A stretch of 64,000 bases of DNA. It comes from Alphaproteobacteria bacterium (GTDB taxonomy: Bacteria; Pseudomonadota; Alphaproteobacteria; MPNO01; UBA830). The notes under the pieces were generated by a model. The model did not search any database, was not told the origin of the DNA, and worked only from the letters and a program-made list of their open reading frames with translations. Below, in pieces: positions 54,263-62,967 of this stretch; position 1 is the stretch's first letter; each line of letters starts with the position of its first letter. The stretch covers positions 3,680,001 to 3,744,000 of the forward strand of contig OZ251539.1 of assembly GCA_965243135.1 (NCBI GenBank), written 5' to 3'. The position numbers and the translations under genes are program-made.

Positions 54263-54530
54263 CGCGCGAAGCCCGGCAAGCCGCACCGCCCGACGCAGCC
54301 CTCTCTCGCGGCTGCCGCTCGCCGCGCTTCGGAGACCCAGGGCGCAGTGAAAGCGCCCGGCCCGCCCCGAAGCCGGCGGCGCGAAACGGGGCGGCGCAGA
54401 CCTTCGCCTCCGGACGGACGGCGGCCGACGAAAAAATTGAACGGCGCGAACGCCTCCCGCCGGCCCCGGTCTTTCGACCGGCCCGCAATGGTGCTACCGT
54501 GGAACGCTCATTCCGTTCGGAGCGAAGAAC

Positions 54531-55649
54531 ATGACCTCTCGAACTTCTCCTCCCTACCGGGCGGACCATGTCGGCAGCCTGCTGCGGCCAGCGGAACTGC
54601 TCGCAGCGCGCGACCGGCATGCCGCAGGCGAACTCGACGACGCCGGCCTCCGCGCCGTCGAAGACGCCTGCATCCGCGAGGCGGTCGAACTGCAGGAAAG
54701 CATCGGCCTCCAGGGGATTACCGACGGCGAGTTCCGCCGCACTTTCTGGCACCTGGATTTTCTGGAGCAGATCGAAGGCGTGGAAGTGACGCAAGGCGGC
54801 TTCGCCGCCCATTTTCGCAAGGACGACGGCACCGAAGTGGGCTTCGTGCCCCCCGTCATGAAGGTGAACGGACAGCTGCGGCACGTCCGCGAAATCCAGG
54901 CGCGGGACTTCGAGTTCCTGAAATCGGTCGTCGGCCGGACGCCCAAAGTCTGCATACCCTCGCCGTCCATGCTGCATTTCCGCGGCGGACGCAAGGCGAT
55001 CGACGAGAAGGCGTATCCGGACATGGACGGCTTCTACGCCGACCTCGCCGACGTCTACAACCGCGAGGTCATGGCGCTGGCCGGCCTCGGCCTGCGCTAC
55101 CTCCAGCTCGACGACACCAACTTCGCCTATCTCTGCGACGACGGAATTCGCGAGGCGACGCGGGCGCTCGGCGAGGATCCCGACGCGCTGCCCCGCACCT
55201 ACTGCAGGCTGCTCAACGAATCCATCGCCGGCCGGCCGGAAGGCATGGCGGTCACGATTCACATGTGCCGCGGCAATTTCCGCAGCGCCTGGGTCGCGCA
55301 GGGCGGCTACGAGCCCGTCGCCGAAATCCTCTTCAACGAGCTGGACGTGGACGGCTTCTTCATGGAGTACGACGACGACAGGTCGGGCGACTTCGCGCCG
55401 TTGCGGTTTCTGCCGCCGGGCAAGATCGTGGTGCTGGGCATCATGACCTCGAAGCGTCCCGAGCTGGAGTCCGCGGACGCGCTCAAGCGCCGAATCGACG
55501 AGGCCGCCAAATTCGCGCCGATCGAACAGCTTGCGGTCAGCGCCCAGTGCGGCTTTTCGTCGACGGTCGAAGGCAACGAACTGACCATCGACGACGAGAA
55601 GGCCAAGCTGCGCCGGCTCGTCGAGGTGGCCGAGGACGTATGGGGATGA
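54531..55649 (+). CDS. Cobalamin-independent methionine synthase, catalytic-domain-only (YxjH-like)
   Basis: RADHVGSLLRP, TDGEFRR, HMCRGN, EYD, QCGFSS. Confidence 0.9.
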   Translation: MTSRTSPPYRADHVGSLLRPAELLAARDRHAAGELDDAGLRAVEDACIREAVELQESIGLQGITDGEFRRTFWHLDFLEQIEGVEVTQGGFAAHFRKDDGTEVGFVPPVMKVNGQLRHVREIQARDFEFLKSVVGRTPKVCIPSPSMLHFRGGRKAIDEKAYPDMDGFYADLADVYNREVMALAGLGLRYLQLDDTNFAYLCDDGIREATRALGEDPDALPRTYCRLLNESIAGRPEGMAVTIHMCRGNFRSAWVAQGGYEPVAEILFNELDVDGFFMEYDDDRSGDFAPLRFLPPGKIVVLGIMTSKRPELESADALKRRIDEAAKFAPIEQLAVSAQCGFSSTVEGNELTIDDEKAKLRRLVEVAEDVWG

Positions 55650-55678
55650 CGCGGAGAACAGCCCGCCGGAGCGGAAAG

Positions 55679-55753
55679 TGGAGCGGGCGATGAGATTCGA
55701 ACTCACGACTTCAACCTTGGCAAGGTTGCGCTCTACCCCTGAGCTACGCCCGC
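55679..55753 (-). tRNA. tRNA-Gly(GCC)
   Basis: gcgggcgtagctcagggg...caaccttGCCaaggttg...gttcgaatc...cgctcca. Confidence 0.97.
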
Positions 55754-55766
55754 ATCCTCGTCGGCC

Positions 55767-55795
55767 AATATACGCCTCCCCGGACGGGTTGGCAA
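55767..55795 (-). promoter_or_regulatory. Sigma70-like promoter of tRNA-Gly
   Basis: TTGCCA-N17-TATATT on the minus strand. Confidence 0.6.
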
Positions 55796-55826
55796 GAGGG
55801 CGCCGGCCGAGCGAAACCTCGCCGCA

Positions 55827-56408
55827 ATGAACGGGGCGCTTCGCTCGGTGCCGGGCAAGGCGACGCCGGAAGACCTCTTCGCGCGCCTCGAAGCGCTCGG
55901 CATCGAGACGACGACGCATGCGCACCGGCCCGTGGTCACGGTTTCCGATAACCGCGAACTGCGGGGCGACCTTCCCGGAGCGCATTGCAAGACCCTGTTC
56001 CTGAAGGACGCGAAGGATGCGCTGTGGCTCGTCGTGGTCGAGGAGAGCAAAAGACTCGACATGAAAAGGCTCGCGACCGAGATCGGGTCCGCCCGATTGA
56101 GTTTCGCGCGGCCCGAACGGGTGAGGGAGCATCTCGGAGTCGAGCCGGGCGCCGTGACCCCGTTCTCGCTGATCAACGGAGCCCGGGTCGCCGTCGTGCT
56201 GGATGCCGAGGTGATGGCGGCGGACGTCGCGAATTTTCACCCGCTCGTGAACGATCGGACGACCGCGATCCGGCCGCCGGATCTGCTGCGTTTCATCGAG
56301 GACTGCGGCCGGTCGCCGCGCGTGGTCGATCTCGAACCCGCCGCCGGGCAGGCGCCGGGACTTGCCAGCGGCTGCGCAACGCGCCATCTTCGGACAACGC
56401 GTCCGTAA
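55827..56408 (+). CDS. YbaK/ProX family aminoacyl-tRNA deacylase
   Basis: HCKTLFLKD, RLSFA, LGVEPGAVTPF, NFHPLVN. Confidence 0.9.
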   Translation: MNGALRSVPGKATPEDLFARLEALGIETTTHAHRPVVTVSDNRELRGDLPGAHCKTLFLKDAKDALWLVVVEESKRLDMKRLATEIGSARLSFARPERVREHLGVEPGAVTPFSLINGARVAVVLDAEVMAADVANFHPLVNDRTTAIRPPDLLRFIEDCGRSPRVVDLEPAAGQAPGLASGCATRHLRTTRP

Positions 56409-56422
56409 CGGGATCTGGATCA

Positions 56423-57319
56423 ATGGAAACGATAGGCAACGCCGACTTGGTAACGGACGTCACCATCGAGAACTTCCAGAAGGAAGTGCTCGAAGCCTCG
56501 ATGACGACTCCCGTCGTCGTCGACTTCTGGGCCACTTGGTGCGGTCCATGCAAGCAGCTTACGCCGATCCTCGAAAAGGTGGTCCGCGAATCGGGAGGCG
56601 CCGTCAGGCTCGCCAAGATCGACATCGATCAAAACCGGACGATCGCGCAGCAGATGGGCATCCAGTCGGTGCCGACGGTTTTCGGTTTCTTCGACGGCCG
56701 TCCGGTCGACGGGTTCCAAGGAGCGCTCCCCGAAAGCCAGGTCAGGGATTTCGTCGACCGGCTGGCCGCCGCGGCCGGGACCGCGCAGGACGACCCGATA
56801 GCCGATGCCATGGACCAGGCCAGGGAGGCGCTCGAAACCGAGCGATACGACGTGGCCGCCGCCATCTTCGGCCAGGTGATCGGCCACGCGCCGGACAACG
56901 ACGACGCGGTCGCGGGGTTGGCGCGGGCTCTGGCGGCGCAAGGCGAAACGGACCAGGCGGCGGACATACTCGACGGAATGTCCGAAGAGCAGGCCGCGCA
57001 CCCGGACGCCGCCGCCGCGCGCTCGGCGGTGGATCTCGCGCGGCAGAGCGCCGCCGTGGGCGACCTCTCCCCGCTCGAGGCGCGCGTGGCCGCCGACCCG
57101 AAAGACCTGTCGGCGCGCTTCGATCTCGCCACCGGCCTGTTCGGCGCGGGACGCCGCGGCGAGGCGATCGATCACCTCGTGGAAATCCTCAAAGCGGACC
57201 GGAACTGGAACGATCAGGCCGCCCGGACGCAGCTGATCCAGTTCTTCGAGGCGATGGGGCCGACGGACGAGGAGACGGTGGTCGGCCGCCGCAAAATGTC
57301 GTCCGTTCTGTTTTCGTGA
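56423..57319 (+). CDS. ybbN: Thioredoxin-TPR co-chaperone (YbbN/CnoX)
   Basis: DFWATWCGPCKQL plus TPR C-terminus ending GRRKMSSVLF. Confidence 0.88.
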   Translation: METIGNADLVTDVTIENFQKEVLEASMTTPVVVDFWATWCGPCKQLTPILEKVVRESGGAVRLAKIDIDQNRTIAQQMGIQSVPTVFGFFDGRPVDGFQGALPESQVRDFVDRLAAAAGTAQDDPIADAMDQAREALETERYDVAAAIFGQVIGHAPDNDDAVAGLARALAAQGETDQAADILDGMSEEQAAHPDAAAARSAVDLARQSAAVGDLSPLEARVAADPKDLSARFDLATGLFGAGRRGEAIDHLVEILKADRNWNDQAARTQLIQFFEAMGPTDEETVVGRRKMSSVLFS

Positions 57320-57322
57320 CGA

Positions 57323-57967
57323 ATGCCCGGCGCGCCGCGTTACGAAAACCTGCCGCGGGAAATTCCCCTCTTTCCGCTGACGGGCGTTCTGCTGCTGCCG
57401 GGCTCGCGGTTGCCTCTCAACGTCTTCGAACCGCGCTACCTCAACATGACCGACGCGGCTCTCGCCGGACCGCGCCTGATCGGGATGATCCAGCCGAAGG
57501 GCGGCGACGGCGGACACCCGGAACTCTACAGCGCCGGCTGCGCGGGCCGCATCGTGTCGTTCAGCGAGACCGAGGACGGCCGATACCTCATTACCCTGAC
57601 CGGACTGCTGCGGTTCGGGTTCGAAGGGGAATTGCCGCTGCGCGACGGCTATCGCGTGGCGTTGGCGAACTGGGCGCCGTTTCGAGGCGACCTCGACGAG
57701 GAATCGGGCGAGGGCGTCGACCGACCGCGCATATTGCACGCCCTGCGGGCCTACTTCACGGTCAACAAGGTGGAGGCCAACTGGCCGGCGATCGAGGAAA
57801 CCCGCGCCGATCGCTTGGTCAACTCCCTCGCCATGATGATTCCGTTTCAGCCCAACGAGAAGCAGGCGCTGCTGGAGGCGGTCACGCTGGCGGACAGGGC
57901 CGACGTGCTCGTGGCGTTGCTGGAAATGGCCCTGGCGGCCAACGAGGACTTCGAACGCCGCAACTGA
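57323..57967 (+). CDS. LON substrate-binding domain protein
   Basis: IPLFPL, LPLNVFEPRY, GCAGRI, EKQALLE. Confidence 0.9.
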   Translation: MPGAPRYENLPREIPLFPLTGVLLLPGSRLPLNVFEPRYLNMTDAALAGPRLIGMIQPKGGDGGHPELYSAGCAGRIVSFSETEDGRYLITLTGLLRFGFEGELPLRDGYRVALANWAPFRGDLDEESGEGVDRPRILHALRAYFTVNKVEANWPAIEETRADRLVNSLAMMIPFQPNEKQALLEAVTLADRADVLVALLEMALAANEDFERRN

Positions 57968-57994
57968 ACGCGGGCGGACCGCGCCGGAGGAACA

Positions 57995-58186
57995 GTGACC
58001 GCGAATCGACAAGGCATCGACCCCAGGCTCCTCGAAATTCTCGTCTGCCCGCTCACCAAGGGACCGCTCGTCTACGACGAGGAAGCGCAGGAACTCGTCA
58101 GCGAACGGGCGGGACTCGCCTATCCGATCCGCGACGGCATTCCGATCATGCTGGTCGACGAAGCGCGGCGGATCGACCCGGAGTGA
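57995..58186 (+). CDS. Trm112 family protein
   Basis: [22 protein letters not shown]. Confidence 0.93.
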   Translation: MTANRQGIDPRLLEILVCPLTKGPLVYDEEAQELVSERAGLAYPIRDGIPIMLVDEARRIDPE

Positions 58187-58205
58187 CGGTCGGGCCGCCG
58201 CGGCG

Positions 58206-58565
58206 ATGAGTCCGGTTCCGCCGCGCCCGGTCCAAATCACGGTCCGGCGCGCGGAGCGGATTCTCCATATCGCGTTCGACGACGGCGCATCCTTCGAGTT
58301 GCCGGCCGAATACCTGCGGGTCGAAAGCCCGTCCGCGGAGGTGCAGGGTCACGGACGGAAAACCCTCGTCGCCGGCCGCCGCCATGTCGGCATCGCAGAC
58401 GTCGAACCGGTCGGCAACTACGCCGTTCGGATCGTTTTCGACGACCTGCACGACACGGGGATCTACTCTTGGGAGTATCTCCGCCTGCTCGGCAGGGAGC
58501 GAGAGACGCGCTGGCGGACCTATCTCGCGGAACTGGAGGCGGCGGGGTTGAGCCGCGAGCCGTAG
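58206..58565 (+). CDS. DUF971 protein
   Basis: AEYLRVESPSAEVQGHG, VGNYA, FDDLHDTGIYSW. Confidence 0.92.
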   Translation: MSPVPPRPVQITVRRAERILHIAFDDGASFELPAEYLRVESPSAEVQGHGRKTLVAGRRHVGIADVEPVGNYAVRIVFDDLHDTGIYSWEYLRLLGRERETRWRTYLAELEAAGLSREP

Positions 58566-58631
58566 GTTCGGCGGCGACGCCGGCGCGAAGGACAGGGTTG
58601 CGGACGCAGGGCGGTCGCCGGCCCCTCGCCG

Positions 58632-59813
58632 TTACAAGGGCAAGCCTCTCGCCAGGCGCGGAAGGTTGCCGGCGAGGCCCATGGCGTGCCGCATGAACAG
58701 GCGCCTGAGAGGGCCGGCCCGGCCTACGGCGGAAAGGCCGAGTCCGCGAAGCAGGCGAACGGGCGGGATGTCGTTGGAAAACAGCCGGTTCAGCGCGTCC
58801 GTCATCGACAACATCGCTAGGTTGTCGGCGCGCCGCCAGCGTTCGTAGCGGGCGAGCGCGGCGGCGTCCCCGGGATCGAGGCCGAGTCGCAGCGCATCCG
58901 CGACCACTTCGGCGAGCGCCGCGACGTCGCGCAAGCCGATATTGAAGCCCTGCCCCGCGATAGGGTGGATCGCGTGCGCGGAGTCGCCCGCGAGCGCGAG
59001 ACGCGGCGCGACGTAGCGTCGGGCGTGCACGACCGACAGAGGGTAGGACCAGCGGCGTCCGATCGGCGTCACGCGCCCGAGGAAGCCGCCGAACCTTCGG
59101 CCAAGCTCTTCGGCGAACGCGTCCGCGTCGAGCGACAGGTAGGTCGGCGCGCGCTCGGCGCGTTCCGTCCACACGATGGAGGACCGCCGTCCCGTCATGG
59201 GCAGGATGGCGAACGGCCCGGCCGGCATGAAGTGCTCGTAGGCGACGCCCCGATGCGGCAGCTCGTGCGCGACGGCGCAGACGATCGCGGCTTGCGGATA
59301 GGACCAGCGCAACGTTTCGATCCCGGCGGCGGTTCGCAGCGGAGATTCCCTGCCGTCGGCCGCGATCACCAGCCTGGCCTGGAGCGAAGTCCCGTCGTCG
59401 AGCGCCAGGATTCCTTCGCCCTTCGCCGCCGCCCGGACGCCGTCGAATACGAGAGCGTCCGAACGGGAGAGAGAACGGGCCAGCGCGCGGCGGATCGCGG
59501 CGTTCTCCACGATCCATCCCAGCGGCCCCTCCTCCATCTCGCCGTGATCGAAATGGAGAAACGCGCCGCCGGCGGCGACTCGTATCTCGCGGATCGGCTG
59601 AGCGTCGGGCGCCAGCTGCGCCCACAGTCCGAGGCCCTGCAGCAGACGCTGCGAAGCGGCGGCGATCGCCGATCCCCGTCCGTCGGATTCCGCGAGCCGG
59701 GCGATCGGACGGCGCTCGACCAGCGCGACGCGCGCGCCGATTCCGGCGAGACCGACGGCAAGGCAGATGCCCACCATTCCGCCGCCGGCCACGGCGATGT
59801 CGACCTTTTCCAT
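58632..59813 (-). CDS. UbiH/UbiL/COQ6 family ubiquinone hydroxylase
   Basis: GGGMVG, AADG, GPFAILP, GDSAHAIHPIAGQGFNIG. Confidence 0.92.
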   Translation of the reverse strand: MEKVDIAVAGGGMVGICLAVGLAGIGARVALVERRPIARLAESDGRGSAIAAASQRLLQGLGLWAQLAPDAQPIREIRVAAGGAFLHFDHGEMEEGPLGWIVENAAIRRALARSLSRSDALVFDGVRAAAKGEGILALDDGTSLQARLVIAADGRESPLRTAAGIETLRWSYPQAAIVCAVAHELPHRGVAYEHFMPAGPFAILPMTGRRSSIVWTERAERAPTYLSLDADAFAEELGRRFGGFLGRVTPIGRRWSYPLSVVHARRYVAPRLALAGDSAHAIHPIAGQGFNIGLRDVAALAEVVADALRLGLDPGDAAALARYERWRRADNLAMLSMTDALNRLFSNDIPPVRLLRGLGLSAVGRAGPLRRLFMRHAMGLAGNLPRLARGLPL

Positions 59814-59945
59814 TGCGGCAGAATGAAGGGATCGGGTTTTCCTGTCCATGCCCGCTTCTGCGCAAAAATGCGCCATCGATCTTGCACAAGGATGCGCCAG
59901 AATTCGGGAGCGCGGGTCCGGCGCCGCGTCGACTCGCGCCGCAGC

Positions 59946-60008
59946 CGGAACCCGGCGGCGCGCTGCGGATCGGACGGAACCCGGCGGCGCGCTGCGGATC
60001 GGACGGAA
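59946..60008. repeat. 29-bp exact tandem duplication
   Basis: cggaacccggcggcgcgctgcggatcgga x2 plus cggaa. Confidence 0.9.
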
Positions 60009-60030
60009 AATCCGCGCCGACGGCGCGAAA

Positions 60031-60046
60031 CGGCACGAAAATTGCT
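60031..60046 (+). promoter_or_regulatory. Sigma54 promoter of amtB
   Basis: CGGCAC-GAAAA-TTGCT (GG-N10-GC); NtrC-like 17-mers at 59859 and 59883. Confidence 0.7.
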
Positions 60047-60195
60047 TCCAATATGGCGGCGGGCGGAACGCGGGAGCGGCCGCCGTTCCGCGAGAGGAAC
60101 GCAGCGATGGGTTTTCCGACGCCGCAGGGCGCGGCGGCGCGCCGCTATCCCGCGCCGAACCGTCGAAGGGAAGACCGAGACTGCTGGAGGCAGAG

Positions 60196-61542
60196 ATGAA
60201 AAAATCGATTGCATGTTTGGCGTCGGCGTTCGTTCTGGCGGCGGGAACCGCGCAAGCCGCGACCGAAACCGCTTATATTCTCAACACCTTTTCGTTCCTG
60301 GTGCACGGCTTTCTCGTCATGTTCATGGCGGCGGGCTTCGCCATGCTCGAAGCCGGGTTGGTCAGATCCAGGAACACGGCGGCGATCTGCCTGAAGAACA
60401 TAGGGCTCTATTCGATCGCCGGCCTGACGTTCTACCTGATCGGGTATTCCCTGATGTATACGGATGTCGGGGCCAGCGGCGGATGGATCGGCGCGCTCGA
60501 CGTCTTCTACAACCCGTCCGCCGCGGAACTCGCCCTCATCAATGCGGACGAAAAAGCGCAGGCGGCCGCGGCGGCGGCGCTGCTCGAGGATTCGTCCTAC
60601 GCTTCCATGTCCGACTGGTTCTTCCAGATGGTGTTCGTCGCCACCGCAGCCTCCGTCGTGTCGGGAGCGTTGGCCGAACGGGTCAGGATATGGCCGTTCT
60701 TCCTCTTCGTCGCGGCGCTGACGGCCGTCGTCTATCCAATGCAAGGCTCCTGGGCATGGGGCGGAGGCTGGCTCGCCGAGATGGGGTTCTCGGATTTCGC
60801 CGGCTCCACCCTGGTGCACTCCACGGGAGGCTGGGCGGCGCTCGCGGGCGCGATCGTGATCGGCGCCCGCCGCGGGAAGTACGGTCCGGCCGGGCGCGTC
60901 AATCCGATGCCCGGAGCCAATCTGCCGCTGGCGACGCTGGGCGCCTTCGTATTGTGGTTCGGCTGGTTCGGTTTCAACGGCGGATCGCAGCTCGCGCTCG
61001 GTTCGGCGCTCGACGCCTCGGCGATGGCGATCGTCTACGTGAACACCAACCTCGCGGCCGCCGCGGGCGTCGTCGTCGCGATGCTGTTGACCCAAGCCCT
61101 GTACAAGAAGATGGATCTCACCCTGTGCCTCAACGGCGCCATCGGCGGACTGGTGGCGATAACGGCCGGTCCCGATCTCCAGCATCACGGCATCGCGATG
61201 ATCGTCGGCGGCGTCGGTGGCGCTCTGGTCGTGTTCTCGGTGCCGCTGCTCGACAAGTTCCGGATCGACGACGTGGTCGGCGCGATTCCCGCCCATCTGA
61301 TCTGCGGGATCTGGGGAACCCTCGCGGTCGGCATCTTCGGCGCGGGCGCGTTCCTGGTCCAGCTCGCGGGCGTCGCCGCCGTCGGCGCCTTCGTTTTCGC
61401 GGTCAGCCTGATCCTCTGGACCGTTCTCAAGGTCACGATCGGCGTTCGGCCCGGGGAAGAGGCGGAATCGGCCGGCCTCGACCAGACCGAGCTCGGGCTG
61501 GAAGCGTATCCGGAGTTCGGCCGCGGATCGCAGCTCGGCTGA
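60196..61542 (+). CDS. amtB: Ammonium transporter
   Basis: GFAMLEAG, FFQMVF, DFAGSTLVH, GWFGFNGGS, IDDVVGA..H. Confidence 0.96.
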   Translation: MKKSIACLASAFVLAAGTAQAATETAYILNTFSFLVHGFLVMFMAAGFAMLEAGLVRSRNTAAICLKNIGLYSIAGLTFYLIGYSLMYTDVGASGGWIGALDVFYNPSAAELALINADEKAQAAAAAALLEDSSYASMSDWFFQMVFVATAASVVSGALAERVRIWPFFLFVAALTAVVYPMQGSWAWGGGWLAEMGFSDFAGSTLVHSTGGWAALAGAIVIGARRGKYGPAGRVNPMPGANLPLATLGAFVLWFGWFGFNGGSQLALGSALDASAMAIVYVNTNLAAAAGVVVAMLLTQALYKKMDLTLCLNGAIGGLVAITAGPDLQHHGIAMIVGGVGGALVVFSVPLLDKFRIDDVVGAIPAHLICGIWGTLAVGIFGAGAFLVQLAGVAAVGAFVFAVSLILWTVLKVTIGVRPGEEAESAGLDQTELGLEAYPEFGRGSQLG

Positions 61543-61548
61543 CGCTTC

Positions 61549-61585
61549 GCCGCGGCGCCCGCGAACGGCGCCGCGGCCCCTTTCG
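61549..61585 (+). terminator. Probable intrinsic terminator
   Basis: 11-bp stem gccgcggcgcc/ggcgccgcggc followed by a short T tract. Confidence 0.5.
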
Positions 61586-61766
61586 TTCGTCAAACGTTCG
61601 TTTCGAAACCGGAACGAACCGAATCACGCCGCAGATTGTGGAAGGGTAGCGGATTATACCGAAATCGTGTAATCTCGCGTCATGTTCCACGAGTCTGACG
61701 TTCGTTTTCCGCGGCGGGTTTTATGATTTGTTCTCATGCCTCGCATGCCGGCGCTCGGGCGGCGCC

Positions 61767-62951
61767 ATGCGGTTGAACGCGCGCCTCGACGCGGTCGGCG
61801 ATTATCCGTTCGACCGGTTGCGAAGCCTGCTCGGCGACTCGGAGCCGCCGGCCGGAATCGAACCGATCATGTTGTCGCTCGGCGAACCGCGGCACGACCC
61901 GCCGCCGGCTCTCGCGCAGGCCGTCGCCGAAGCGGGTTCCGGATGGTCCAGATACCCTCCGATGAGGGGGACGCAGGACGTGCGCGCGGCCGTCGCCGGC
62001 TGGCTCGGCCGGCGCTACGGCCTGCCGGACGGCATGATCGACCCGGAGACGATGATCGTCCCGGTTTCGGGGACGCGCGAAGCGTTGTTCATGGTCGCGC
62101 TCGCCGCCGTGCACGGGGAAGGCGGCGACCCGCTGGTTCTCATGCCCAATCCCTTCTATCAGGTCTATCTCGGCGCGGCGGTCATGGCGGGCGCGGCCCC
62201 CATGTTCGTGCCGGCCGGCCGGGAAGACGGCTTCCTGCCCGATTACCCGGGCCTTCCCGAGGAGACGCTCGCGCGCGCCGCGATGGCCTATTACTGCTCG
62301 CCCGCCAACCCGCAGGGCGCCGCGGCTTCGCTCGACGTCCTGAAGGCGCTGGTCGAGCTGGCGCGCGAGCGCGACTTCCTGATCGTGTTCGACGAGTGCT
62401 ACAGCGAACTCTACTATGGAGATCCGCCCGCGGGCGGCCTCGAAGCGTGCGCGGCGCTCGGCGGCGGCGTGCGCAACGTGATCGTGATGAACTCCCTGTC
62501 CAAGCGCTCCAGCGCGCCCGGGCTCCGCTCGGGTTTCGCGGCGGGCGACCCCGACGCGATACGGCGCTTCGTCCGGCTGCGCGACTACGGCGGCGCGCCG
62601 CCGCCGCTGCCGTTGCTGGCCGCCGCCGCCGCACTGTGGCGCGACGAAAGCCATGTCGCGGCCAACCGGGCGCTCTACGCGGCCAAGTTCGACGCGGCCG
62701 GCGAGATCCTGGGCGACCGCTACGGCTACTATGCGCCCGAGGGCGGCTTCTATCTCTGGCTCGACGTCGGCGACGGCGAAGACGCGGCGCGGCGGCTGTG
62801 GCGCGAGGCCGGCGTCCGGGTCGTTCCCGGCGAGTACCTTTCGCGCGAAGCGAACGGACGCAACCCGGGCGCGGGCTACATCCGGCTCGCCCTGGTGCAC
62901 GACGTCGACGCGACTCGCGAGGCGCTCTCGCGGATGACAGCGGTGCTTTGA
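61767..62951 (+). CDS. Class I/II aminotransferase (DapC-like)
   Basis: YPFDRL, GTREALF, SPANPQG, DECYSE, SLSKRS..PGLRSG. Confidence 0.9.
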   Translation: MRLNARLDAVGDYPFDRLRSLLGDSEPPAGIEPIMLSLGEPRHDPPPALAQAVAEAGSGWSRYPPMRGTQDVRAAVAGWLGRRYGLPDGMIDPETMIVPVSGTREALFMVALAAVHGEGGDPLVLMPNPFYQVYLGAAVMAGAAPMFVPAGREDGFLPDYPGLPEETLARAAMAYYCSPANPQGAAASLDVLKALVELARERDFLIVFDECYSELYYGDPPAGGLEACAALGGGVRNVIVMNSLSKRSSAPGLRSGFAAGDPDAIRRFVRLRDYGGAPPPLPLLAAAAALWRDESHVAANRALYAAKFDAAGEILGDRYGYYAPEGGFYLWLDVGDGEDAARRLWREAGVRVVPGEYLSREANGRNPGAGYIRLALVHDVDATREALSRMTAVL

Positions 62952-62967
62952 AAACGGGAGATCCATC

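Larger units (their letters stand above)
53244..54455 (+). repeat. Tandem repeat, ~2.3 units of 535/515 bp
   Basis: Units start at 53244, 53779 and 54294 and are near-identical. Confidence 0.95.
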
